From positions 1-64,000 of IMG/VR virus record IMGVR_UViG_3300036985_006248: DNA of 64,000 nucleotides; one strand, 5' to 3'. Shown here in pieces: positions 27,601-36,600 of the stretch. This DNA is from a virus. Under the pieces are notes generated by a model that ran no database searches, was not told the origin of the DNA, and saw only the letters and a program-made list of their open reading frames with translations. The translations under genes were made by a program, and so were the position numbers. Within the stretch, counting starts at the first letter, position 1. Each line of letters starts with the position of its first letter.

Positions 27601-30003
27601 CATGTTGGTATATGGCACAGAAGCCGAAAGAGAAAACTGATTGTTTATTGAATCGCCCAGCGAGTTGATACCGACAAATTCTACTGAATAATCGGTGATG
27701 TTGCTTCCACTAGCTAAGTTGGTTTGCTCGTACTTTTGTGGTTTAACACGTACAGCTAGATTCCACTTTTGATTATCATAGACGTCTTTAAAATAACTTG
27801 AGGTTAATTCAACGCCGCTTCCACTGAACGAGCCAGTTAACTTGAAGTACGAGTCTACAGAACCGACTTCTCTTTTGACAGAGTATACTTGGAAATTGAA
27901 TTTGTCAGTGCCCCATGACAATATACTTTCATTGGAGTTTGCTTCGTGTACCCCGAATAGAGAGCTAGTTATGAAATCGCTAACTGCATTGTTAGTGCTT
28001 TCTATAATTGGATTTTTTGGAAAGATAACTTCAGCTTGAACCGTTAATGGGATGTAACTGGCAGAATCGATACCACCGGGAATATAGCCCTTGGTGTTTG
28101 AATCACCAGCTTTGCTCTTTTGATAAATATAACCATTATAGCGATCTGGATTATTAAAATCGACAAATTTCTTGGGGATTGAAGTATGGGTATATTTTGT
28201 CTTTAAATCATAAGTCGAGTTATTCGAATATAAATTGATTTTAACCAATTCATCATCTATGCCAAAACAACGGATAAGGTTGCGGAGTGATTTTTCAGTT
28301 CCTTTGCTCTTATAAATATATGAAAGATTGTTATAGATATTTTGGTATATAGAATTCTTAACATTATAAATTTTTTCTTTAAATTCTATTTTTTCGTTTC
28401 TAGAGAGTATATCTTCTAGGAAAGTTGTATCGTTAAAGATGTCCAGATTCTCAAAACCATTAGAACTTAATAAGTGCTTGGCAAACGGTTTTGGTTTAGC
28501 AGTTACATCATATTCAACATTCTTAGCTGTTGGCAAACTCTCTATTTGTACATGTAGGGTATCGAAATAACTGGAGATAATTTGTATTAAATTTGACAAA
28601 TCCTCATAGCCGTTCTTTTGTGCTTCTTCAGTTATCCAAGCAGGTAAAGAAGCATAGATACTAGAGACATTTGTGCTATCGTGTTGGAAGCCAAGGCTGG
28701 TGTATTCTTCTATGACGCTTATAACAGCGGGGTTACTTGAGAAGATAATTGGGTCTTTTTGCTCTAAAACTTTACCCGCTATATCGTCTATGGCAGAACC
28801 AGTATTTCTACAATTAATATCATAGTTGATGATTGCACCGTTTGATACACGTCCTGAATAGTCCAGACAAACCTTATCTAAATCGTTTATTTCAGTGTCG
28901 TTTACGATGCCTTCGTTAAATCTTAAGTATAACCCCAAGTCACGGTTTGACTCATCGGTATTAGAGCCACCGCCTACTTGGGAAGACCAGTTTCTGTAAA
29001 TCTGTTGTGATGTTCTAGCTGTCTTCCAGAAGCGCAATTCATCAAAAGAGCCGTAAGAAGCACCTAACCCAGCCGCCGAAGTATCTGCTGTCACGATATC
29101 GCTTCTTAAAACACCTACATTGGCGATATTACCATGGTTATTAGCTAAGTTAATACCGCCACCGGCAACAAACACCTGTTGAAGTACCAAGTTTCCATCA
29201 ATGAATAAGCAAACATCGAGGTCGGTTGTATTTGTATTGGCGAACGTGAAAGCATATTGGTGCCATGTAGAAGAATCAAAGGTGTAATCCAAGATTTGCG
29301 AGGTTATACCGGCAGAGCCTGAGCGATATGTGACCGAGAACTTGTTTGCTCCGTTGGTCTTTGCAATAGCCAAACGTGTATAGTTGCTAGAAGCAGTTGT
29401 CTCGCTATTCCATAAATCGAACAAAGCATAGGATTTACTATAATAAGAACTAGAGGTGGCAAGATTATCCTTAAAAATAAACTCTACAGTGTTGCCTAGA
29501 TTAGTTATTCCTAAATTTGATTCAAGATTTGCACCTAAATCATAAATATTTGCTGTTTCAAACTTACCAGTTTGCGATTGGTTTGGTCCACCTTTGATCT
29601 TGACATATTGTGGCGTAGAACCAGAACGATAAGTCCCATCGGTGCCTAATATGCCATTAGAATCTAAGTTGAGATATCCAGTTGTCTTAGGATATACATT
29701 ATCAAAAATGTATAAGTCTAGTTGTGAGGCATTGTTGCGCCATTGTTGCTTTTCTTTTTTGGAACCGTCATAAACATAATTTTGATATATGTTTTTAAAT
29801 GCATCAACATAATATCTCTCGGCGGAACCATAGCGAGCAAAATTAGATGCAGAAGAAAAGTCTACGGAAGGTAAAAACCTCTCTTTATCTTCGACTGCCT
29901 CTTCCATATATCCGGTAGATTCAGCTTGTTTATAGAGCGTGTCTAAATCTTGCTTTGTAATAATTTTTTCAGAAGTCTTACCAAAGAGGTCTTTTAATGC
30001 CAT
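21628..30003 (-). CDS. Very large virion protein with LamG-like domains (baseplate/fibre)
   Basis: 2791 aa; WHQYAFT..FIDG..GSFDELRFWKTART..I and IGSVRFW LamG motifs. Confidence 0.75.
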   Translation of the reverse strand: MALKDLFGKTSEKIITKQDLDTLYKQAESTGYMEEAVEDKERFLPSVDFSSASNFARYGSAERYYVDAFKNIYQNYVYDGSKKEKQQWRNNASQLDLYIFDNVYPKTTGYLNLDSNGILGTDGTYRSGSTPQYVKIKGGPNQSQTGKFETANIYDLGANLESNLGITNLGNTVEFIFKDNLATSSSYYSKSYALFDLWNSETTASSNYTRLAIAKTNGANKFSVTYRSGSAGITSQILDYTFDSSTWHQYAFTFANTNTTDLDVCLFIDGNLVLQQVFVAGGGINLANNHGNIANVGVLRSDIVTADTSAAGLGASYGSFDELRFWKTARTSQQIYRNWSSQVGGGSNTDESNRDLGLYLRFNEGIVNDTEINDLDKVCLDYSGRVSNGAIINYDINCRNTGSAIDDIAGKVLEQKDPIIFSSNPAVISVIEEYTSLGFQHDSTNVSSIYASLPAWITEEAQKNGYEDLSNLIQIISSYFDTLHVQIESLPTAKNVEYDVTAKPKPFAKHLLSSNGFENLDIFNDTTFLEDILSRNEKIEFKEKIYNVKNSIYQNIYNNLSYIYKSKGTEKSLRNLIRCFGIDDELVKINLYSNNSTYDLKTKYTHTSIPKKFVDFNNPDRYNGYIYQKSKAGDSNTKGYIPGGIDSASYIPLTVQAEVIFPKNPIIESTNNAVSDFITSSLFGVHEANSNESILSWGTDKFNFQVYSVKREVGSVDSYFKLTGSFSGSGVELTSSYFKDVYDNQKWNLAVRVKPQKYEQTNLASGSNITDYSVEFVGINSLGDSINNQFSLSASVPYTNMLEALKSNKRIYAGAHYTDFNNVSLEHRTDVKIGSVRFWLDYLNDEELIAHSFEANNIGRQQPNWPPAFFASLQNSSSIPLTRIDTLALHWNFFNVTSSDGSGQFIVEDASSGSVESANIYGLQWLNNIIRYQMPGFADEFLADDTQVVNKEYVFSAKKQNPETLNGNDLVQVVDSDDVTRTKDSRAVSYYISIEKSMAQVVNDEIMNWFATIKSYNNLIGEPAQRYKQEYSELAHLRELFFSRVNNSLSFEKFFEFYKWIDSSLSMMINQLIPASANSSDKVRNMVESHMLERSKYENKLPSIEIKGQPKSYPIVSHLEYNYAEQAAYNNNLNSPVKVSRYYTFNPQWLKQRAIRSEEPVNTTLEPQNDVDREILRQVINERNIDSLPKLYEMDSGTVYDGHKDITRLFSKTYKLSTNRELIIEDSIPVFATATTASVLDSQIIPPYKKYSKGGYSQHAYEKVMMSGRTTNNKSFVELEGNVSGTTSINTVLGIADRTLPVRKVNKNIIVERFSAPGGPEVNSRGYLDAEAEEYSAYNSLNHRNSRVRKNLNLWMGETSSIDSENPSFHKINKNPSYSPVDATSSQVSADYDNGFVVHQIPQSDAQYTWITASLQVKPSSSAFINEWDNLTTEYQFLSASDFFGTSFPILNYRFLGSTVTVPFGNILPTNEILNDKTYDTSSNTIHKVIPNFGGPAGPAFEAALYSPFYTHFFITSLNGPYQWPTWKQIRNNENPLAILSRKNNNILVQDKPKQKTREVEGQTALETYVPAREATFTAYREPPVSYNKPMEQTVEMSGSSEPIELVSTYDNNKGRFVNDGLTNRTGINTRTELQVYDVLKTLEDDAVYEPKPHVSKITYSAQIFPTKVNTGMKETRQKPNYAEVAGTGSNGYDRNSGEIRSFWRDDINNRRRTNAFDAVSKTGSLNVLNIAQLSASTTESSFSGVIRNAWVGGLHGAILINKRFNNVYDSKFSSDNDTHLFSTASIILDGAGEIDTTLINNIFLATCGDLTGMDEVDARQFLTLPSGTYFYQPVTAASGRTYTQENFRYSTAYNFVRPNISYTNKIHYPSTSILDFFGLAVRLQYFVNLGMPFKVPALAGKNPWYDSYDDFFEQLRPLSIDHTILPEYNFSEKSDYYLKEKDGDLKGLPPQNYISLIGSDIQTNSIDNAYNITNKINNFVFKDYQGTKKIKLAINGVKKLLPYKGFYPQERTAQLAGLFQKSFWNISMNDVVNGYPTYNTIGFSDLPVLGTPLIQQMQTLMQPYFAPGILFNTIKAGIAMDWPAIYTASSDIDFFDTTYKRGPSYAPMVLGAETGIPFFYSTSSFDTSSYAEKIFTLKEENLFRVPFESLLDLRGYTPNNTLYYLDPTRVSVESFSGTLPNNGHPSSSLRYNPQFSFENKNSNTNQTRKFADSRYQLAINNFLAETPKFFLQNQSLTNFTSTKPIKEISFTPGKSYEMFVKIEKQKDFKMILDTDIPSYIYSEMYLYGDRSQKISAASTFGPPTQFFNHSTASESGEGQKAYDAPAYAPYAPPYYYGPQHMKLSFTAQSETYNSYQEIINSITATCDSANSEMADYFSASVNNLGGSASVNTIHTTTAYKNRMPLSSSLRYDIIVPNNQTRYSQKGELLDITNTNDVSANHWRIQTKFETPMLNFNTDANKNFLIRNITTSSAVTGGLMITGSTTEFGFTGLWSGYAQTGSNSGISLGIMPGDKTSTTEDLASLCGFNVESRYVGQIAGKKEISEAIVMIPFTKKKNHKIGRSDKVDTKSALTIKEVLGENGKTTASSTNGPYYFRVDPLIINENLKNNQIDIDFKDKKISYSNIKKSLSNIRSGNSILKTMKTMTEYVIPPHLDWIYNREIEPFAMYIFEFKQDLLGDELADIWQGVMPRSAMRVSKDSVELEHELNRDEFFHGKDLPDDIQWKVFKVKKRAAYSYDSLVTGRDERFEFKEGQSEDLVYSYNWPYDYFSLVELVNIEASLEVQTSGSNK

Positions 30004-30008
30004 ATTTA

Positions 30009-31436
30009 TTAAATCCTAAATTTAAACGTATTTTTAAACTCTTTTAATTCATTCCCATCCCAAGTAGCTAATCTTATACCATATCCATAATCTTTTTCAA
30101 AAATATTCATGTCTAGTTCAAGGTAGTTGCCGTTTGAATCATACGATGTTTTTGAATATGCAAGAGAGCCGGTAGAGTAATCAACTATAGTGTAATTATC
30201 ATTGAGTCTAAATATTTTGTAATATAAATTAGGAATTGACGTATTTTCTACATTACTATATGCAACTGTATAAATCGTTGGCTGCCAATCACGCTCACGA
30301 ACGAATATATTTAAACGTGCCCTTTCGTCTTGATTGTAATAAGCCTTTAAATTGTTTATATTGAAGATATATTCTGGTACTGAACTAACTGTGTCATTTT
30401 CTCTTTGGTATACATCAAAAGAGCCAGAGAAATATTTAGTTGAGGCTGTAAGAGCATTTACCCACTTATCATATAAAACACTAGCGGTAGTGTTGACTAT
30501 CACAGAAGCTTTGTAGATGCCGGGAAGAGGGTTACTAACACTGGTAGAGGATGCCGTGACAGCGTTGGTTAGTGAAGCATCAGTATATAATTGTAAGGCT
30601 GGTACTGGATTGTTATATATATTCTTTAGTGCGCCGCCAACTTTATTATAAAAGAATAGGTTCATCGTATTGTCAGTGGGCGATAATAAATTTGTTGAAG
30701 AATAGAAGTTATTTCTATCATCGACTACTGTTGGATTCCAACGCGCTTCAATACACGGTCTGCTAAAGTAGAATTCTGATCCACGCGCAGAAAACTTCTT
30801 TGTATAAAAACTAGATAAGCTGGAGCCATCTTCATACGAAGATGATAGCTTAACAAGTAAACCATTATTATTTAGAGAGCCAGTGGCCCATTGCTCTACT
30901 ATACTTGTAATATCCAACTCTATATCTTCTAGGCCAGTTTCAAAATAGTAGGTTAGATCATAATTAGCGCCAGTCAAATAGCTTGCACCATTTTGCGTCC
31001 ATGCCGATGCACTCGCGGCGTAAATCCACGTCGTTCCATAACCGCCCGTTCCAGAGACATAGCCTTTATCGGCGTAGCTTTCCATATCTAAACCATACCC
31101 TTCTTCCCAAGATTGGCTAACTGGGTTTATGGTCATATGAAACTTTCTCGGTACGCTAAACGGATGCTTAACATTGAACAATCTTAAGAAAAATTGAACG
31201 CTTCCACTGCTTGGAAGCGTGCCCGAAGCGCGGCTTAGATTTATATCATCCACTGGGAATTGCACTAGGAGTCGGCTCTTTTCTAATGATGAAGTTCCTG
31301 CTTGTCCATACAAAGAAAATACTTCCAAAGAATCTGCTTCACCCATATTGGCATTAATACCGCGAGTTCTTAAATTTTCTTGAAACGCATCTGTTATAGT
31401 AGTGTCTTTGTTTGCTACAAATCTCTTAATAGACAT
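30009..31436 (-). CDS. Putative structural protein
   Basis: 475 aa; SRLLVQF..., LDITSIVEQW..G...NNGLLVK, P.IEARW carbohydrate-binding-like pattern. Confidence 0.6.
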   Translation of the reverse strand: MSIKRFVANKDTTITDAFQENLRTRGINANMGEADSLEVFSLYGQAGTSSLEKSRLLVQFPVDDINLSRASGTLPSSGSVQFFLRLFNVKHPFSVPRKFHMTINPVSQSWEEGYGLDMESYADKGYVSGTGGYGTTWIYAASASAWTQNGASYLTGANYDLTYYFETGLEDIELDITSIVEQWATGSLNNNGLLVKLSSSYEDGSSLSSFYTKKFSARGSEFYFSRPCIEARWNPTVVDDRNNFYSSTNLLSPTDNTMNLFFYNKVGGALKNIYNNPVPALQLYTDASLTNAVTASSTSVSNPLPGIYKASVIVNTTASVLYDKWVNALTASTKYFSGSFDVYQRENDTVSSVPEYIFNINNLKAYYNQDERARLNIFVRERDWQPTIYTVAYSNVENTSIPNLYYKIFRLNDNYTIVDYSTGSLAYSKTSYDSNGNYLELDMNIFEKDYGYGIRLATWDGNELKEFKNTFKFRI

Positions 31437-33241
31437 TAAATGATTGTTCCTTTAATATCACTGTTTGGAAATTTTAATTCCATTACGACGTTTGCTGGGA
31501 CATTTATGTATCTCCCATCAGATGAAGTATTGGCTTTAAAATTAAACTGCGAATCAGAATAATTGCCACCTATCTTTTCTTCTATAACTACAGAAACAAC
31601 ATCAATAAGACCATTAACTTTTTTCAAAGAATTATAGACATCGGAAACTGTCAACACCTCCCCGAAGTCTGCGGTCATTGAAAAGTCTTTTTTCAATTGG
31701 TTTACTGCGTCTGTAAGTATGTCATATTTTGATCGACTATTAGAGCCCACAGCAGAAAAGGTTATGCCATAATTTACTATTTTCCCATCTAATATATCGA
31801 TGGAATCGTTAATCATTTTGTTTCTTAAAAGCCAATTTTTAATATTATTTTTGACTGTTTGATTGGCCGTTGTCAAAGAGTTATTTTGGTCTTGGCATAA
31901 TATATACAAATTTAAATTTCTTTTTAAAGAATTGTCATCACGGCGTATAGCTACTCTTTTTACCGAACCATATTTATTTGGCATACAATAAATTAATGCT
32001 TTATAATCCGTTTCTGTAACCGCTCTACTTTGTGAAGAGAAAGAGTTCTCGATTCTTTTTTTCAATTCCTCAGAGTCAATCGTAGTCGTATCACCAAGCA
32101 ATGGAGTTTGGTTAATGACTTCTAAACTTTCTTTTACAGAAGTAGAAACAGCAGATGACAGATTTTCTTGATTGCCAAATTCAAAGACCGGTGAAATGAC
32201 CTTTGTTAAAATCCCAGAGGCAAAATTAACTGTATTTCCAGTATTATTATATCTATAAGTAACGATTAAGTCGGTGTTTGAAGGTGAAATGCCCATCTTG
32301 TCGCTGTTTAAAAGCTTACTTGGATCAAAGTAATCGCTCGATATATAATCTTTGCCAAAGATATCCAGTACAACATCCGTTGGTTCAGCCAACATATTAT
32401 CTCTATCAATAATAGTAACATCTGAACTAGCGCCAAACTGTATAGCGGTTGTGCGTAGGTTTTTGTCCACCACAAATCTTCTTGGTACCATAAATGGCTT
32501 AAGCACTTCTTTTGCTAATGCAGCATCGTTTAAATCACGATTTGTTACAGAGCGATAAATTATATTTTGTGAAAGATTATCTACTTCAAAGTATTGGTTA
32601 CCTTCTAAATCATACACGGAAAGAATTTCGATAATATCTTGTTGTGATAATTTCACGTTTAAGTAACGTTTATAGTCTCCAACGGAGATTCTTTCTGAGG
32701 ACACTATGCCAGAAATCACGGTTCCTTGCGCCTTAACCGCATAAAACAAAGGAGCGCCTGTGTTTGGGTCTGTGATACTCACTCTTATTTCATTTCGTGG
32801 ATTATCGAAGCGCACGTCTTCATTGAGGATAAAGCGTACACCAGATTTTGTGGAGAAAGAACTGCCTTTCTTTAAGATTGGTGCATATTCGAACATAGGA
32901 GCCAAACTTATCGAATTTGATGGAACAGATATAAAAAAGGTTGCAATACCGGTCGAAGAATTGGTATTTGCAAACTTGTAACCGACCTGCTTACCAAGCT
33001 TAATAATATTCTGAAATTCTACCGCTGTATCTAAGAAGCTTTCGTTTGCTTGATAATCCAAGTAAAAAGATAGGATATCGCCAATATATGCTGTGGTGTC
33101 AAGCATCAGGGAGCCGAACGAGGCTTCATTAAAATCCTTATATACATCAGAATAATAACGCTTCGCGTGCTCGACGAGATCGTTTTTTATGCTTTCAAAG
33201 TCTCTGCTTGTATAGTTTATTGGCACTATTTTTTTAGTCAT
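31436..33241 (-). CDS. Baseplate wedge protein (T4 gp6-like)
   Basis: INYTSRDFESIK..L, DFNEASFG, AYIGDILSFYLD.QANESFL, QSRAVT..DY. Confidence 0.88.
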   Translation of the reverse strand: MTKKIVPINYTSRDFESIKNDLVEHAKRYYSDVYKDFNEASFGSLMLDTTAYIGDILSFYLDYQANESFLDTAVEFQNIIKLGKQVGYKFANTNSSTGIATFFISVPSNSISLAPMFEYAPILKKGSSFSTKSGVRFILNEDVRFDNPRNEIRVSITDPNTGAPLFYAVKAQGTVISGIVSSERISVGDYKRYLNVKLSQQDIIEILSVYDLEGNQYFEVDNLSQNIIYRSVTNRDLNDAALAKEVLKPFMVPRRFVVDKNLRTTAIQFGASSDVTIIDRDNMLAEPTDVVLDIFGKDYISSDYFDPSKLLNSDKMGISPSNTDLIVTYRYNNTGNTVNFASGILTKVISPVFEFGNQENLSSAVSTSVKESLEVINQTPLLGDTTTIDSEELKKRIENSFSSQSRAVTETDYKALIYCMPNKYGSVKRVAIRRDDNSLKRNLNLYILCQDQNNSLTTANQTVKNNIKNWLLRNKMINDSIDILDGKIVNYGITFSAVGSNSRSKYDILTDAVNQLKKDFSMTADFGEVLTVSDVYNSLKKVNGLIDVVSVVIEEKIGGNYSDSQFNFKANTSSDGRYINVPANVVMELKFPNSDIKGTII

Positions 33242-33261
33242 TTATTTTTTCCCTCAATATT

Positions 33262-33269
33262 ATAAATAG
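33262..33269 (-). promoter_or_regulatory. Putative phage promoter motif CTAWTTAT
   Basis: CTATTTAT upstream of the gp6-like gene. Confidence 0.55.
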
Positions 33270-33270
33270 A

Positions 33271-33648
33271 CTAAGAAACGATATTTAGTTCGTCTTCTAC
33301 GCTTAATGCAGCCACTGAATATCTAATATTCAAAAACATGGTGTTTTCTTCATTACTACCGGGCTCAGAGATATTTATTTCTTCTATTGTTATATAACTT
33401 AAATATCTAGCAACCTGCGCCGCTATTCTCCCTTGCAATTCCTCTCTGGAAGGTCTATTGTCTTGTTCAAATAAAAAGCGTCGAATCCCAATACCAAATT
33501 GGGTATCCATCATTCTTTCACCCGGATTGGTCAATAGAAGCATCTTTAAGTTTTGTTTTATTGTTTCAACCAATGTTTTATTAAGACCATAAAGACCATC
33601 TTCGGTATAATCGTAAGCTAGTGGTAATTTTGGAGAATAACCTTGCAT
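33271..33648 (-). CDS. Baseplate wedge/sheath initiator (gp25-like)
   Basis: IKQNLKMLLLTNPGERMM...FG.GI..FLFEQ. Confidence 0.9.
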   Translation of the reverse strand: MQGYSPKLPLAYDYTEDGLYGLNKTLVETIKQNLKMLLLTNPGERMMDTQFGIGIRRFLFEQDNRPSREELQGRIAAQVARYLSYITIEEINISEPGSNEENTMFLNIRYSVAALSVEDELNIVS

Positions 33649-33678
33649 ATTGTGCCTTTTAATACATGTATAAAATTA

Positions 33679-36600
33679 TTAGTTAAGCCCCCCAGAAGGG
33701 TCGTCGCGTTCAGCTAAGTATATTTTAGCAGAAATAATCGATCTATTTACCGCAGTGGTATATTTTGGATCTTGTAAGCTGGTAATCTCATGATTATTTC
33801 CTGCTGAATTTACTTCAACATTAATTAGTGTCTTTAAGGATATTAATTCTGTTGCGGTACTGAACATTGCACCTATAGTGCTGCGCTCATACGTAGCCGC
33901 CTGTACTCTTACTAACACACTTTCTCTTATTTGTGCCGGTGTAAGCTCCTGTGGGGTCGGTGGTGCATTATCACTTGACACTTGGGCATTGAGTTGACTC
34001 GTTATTCTACCGCCTGCGCCGCGAGGCGTGGCTGTGTTTACGACTTCTTCTACGGTAGCTGCGGCACCGAAACCTTGTTGAGTTGTTTGTGGAGCTACGG
34101 TCAATGTATTAGTTGAAATAATTCTCGACGGCAATACCGGTAAACGCTTTTGTGAAGTAGCGTTTATTACCGCAGCATCTTCTTCTAGCTTATACTTTCC
34201 AGTTTGGATGGGGTTACTACGGTCAAGATAATACAAGTCTTGGTTAAATGTGTCTTTGCAAACAACTCCAGCGGCAGACGACATATTCTTTTCTAGATTT
34301 GAGCTAGCATCGTTTACCATATCATCCAGAGGCTTTTCATCATACCAAGCTAAAGTAGCAAAATAAGCAATTGCTAATAGCGGGTTAGTAAACGGCAATG
34401 GACAAGTGAATGGAGAAATTATTGTACCAAGTGGAATAGAAACGGCTGGTATAATAAAGGACGGCAACTTAGGCACAAAGATTCTTGCAACTTTAAATGC
34501 AGTGGAGGTGAGCGCAATATTAGGCTCTGTAATTTCTGCCATGCCCTTAATGATACCAATCGGAGTTTTAAACAAGGTCTGAACTATAAAGCCCATGATT
34601 ATTTCCATCGGGTCTACGGCCATTGATTGTGCATCATTTGGGTTTTTAGCTATTTCTTGCCCATTTGCTTGTATTACCTTGCAAGTTGTCATTATATCGT
34701 TTTTAGTACCACGGAAGACATTATTGACTAATTGTTTTCTCGTGCAGGTAGACAAGCAATTTAAAATAAAGAAATTATTAAGAGTATGAGAAATTGGAAA
34801 TAGAAATTTAAACAAGAAATCAAATTCCGGGTCACTAATAAACGCTTTCAATAAATCGTTGCCTTCTAGGAATGTTCCTCTTGCGTTTTTAGATTCATAA
34901 ATCTTTTGGTATATAAATACGTCCGGTCTGCTTCCTACCGCAACTGGGGCATATTTTAATTTCAACTTAATATAAACTCCAGTACCACTCACAGAAATAA
35001 CATCCATGTTAGCTATATCATCGTTTAGATTGATGAGGTTTATAGGATTATCTTTTGGAGTATTACCTACTAAGGCGAGGTTTGTATCCGCATTAATTCT
35101 CTTGGCAAGTTTTGGTAATACATAATTCTTTAATTCCTTTCCTACTAAGTCTCTAAATAATTGTGATTTTTTATTTTCTTCATTTACTGTCTTGGCATCT
35201 GGATTTTTATCTTTGTATGACCTGAATAAAAACTCGCTTAATAGAACAAAGAATGCATTGTCTGTTGAACGCATTTCAGACTCAACCATTTTTGCCATGA
35301 AAGATATAAAGGCTGGTTCGTCTCTTAGTGATTGTGGATCATAGTACCCAAAGATTGATATACCTCTCAGCAGAATATCATGCAAGAAGATTCTTGTTGT
35401 CAAATCATACATTCCGCGTAACATAGAATTTTGGGTAGAAGTTGTTTCTATCTCTTTTAATTCATCGGGATTTATTGGTTTGTTACCAACAACTCTGCTA
35501 TCGGCAATTTTTTCAATACAGAGATTGCTAGACTTCTCATCAGCTATGTTATTTTTTATTGAATCGATATCAAGATAATGTGGTCTTATACCACAAGCTT
35601 TTTGGTTTGCTGTCTGTTTAACAACCAGTTTTAAATATTGAGTATACGGTTGCCCAGAACCAGATTCTGTAGCCGCAGAAACTTGATCACTACTGAGATC
35701 TTTTAGGAGAAGAAATTTATTGTCTTTAGACAAAATCTTATTAGATATATTTTTATAGATTCTATCATTCAAATCTTCAAAGCAAACGTAAATATATTCT
35801 CTAGGTTCATCCACGGGTGTGCCCATTAATGTGCCTTGCTTATTTATAAAGCCATATTTTTCTTGTTTATTTTTTATATATCGAGTAAAGATATTCGCTT
35901 TGCTGTTTGGAACTAAAATTCTGCGGGAAGCTGATCCCCTTCCGGAAGCTGATCCACTTCCTACAAAGAGATCAGTGATGTACTGATTTATATCGCTTGA
36001 AACATTATTTATTTCTGTGATTTTAATAAAGTTCTTTTTATTTTTTTGTATTTTAAGCTTTTGAATATCATAAAAACGGGTTCCATCAAACATTGGTACC
36101 GATAACGTATCATTAACTTTAAGATTATCTATTCCTGTTTGGTAATCTACATCAAAATCAGGATAGTTAATTTTTACTTTAAGCATTGTTCTATAAAAAC
36201 TTTTAACATTTACGTAATTGGTTGTGATATCAAGCAATTCTTGCGGCTGAAATCCTAAGCCATTAATGATGGCGCTTCTTACGTTGACGTTGGTTAATAA
36301 CATTTCACATATAACAAGGTAAATAGCTGTGCCATTTTCTGCTGCGAAGAACCCATTTGCCTCTTGGGCATCGCCTATTCCCAATACTTTATATGCGTCT
36401 TTTAGTTTAAATCTTAGTTCTTCTGCATCAGCCACATTACTTCTTAGAAAAGAATCGATAGTGTATAATAAGCCAACTAGAGGACTTAGATCTTTAAATG
36501 CCTTAGATGAAGAAATGTCATACGCTTCATTAATCGACAAATTCTTAACAGCGTTGGAAATATCTTGCCCATGAACACGTAAAACTTCTTTCCATAATTT

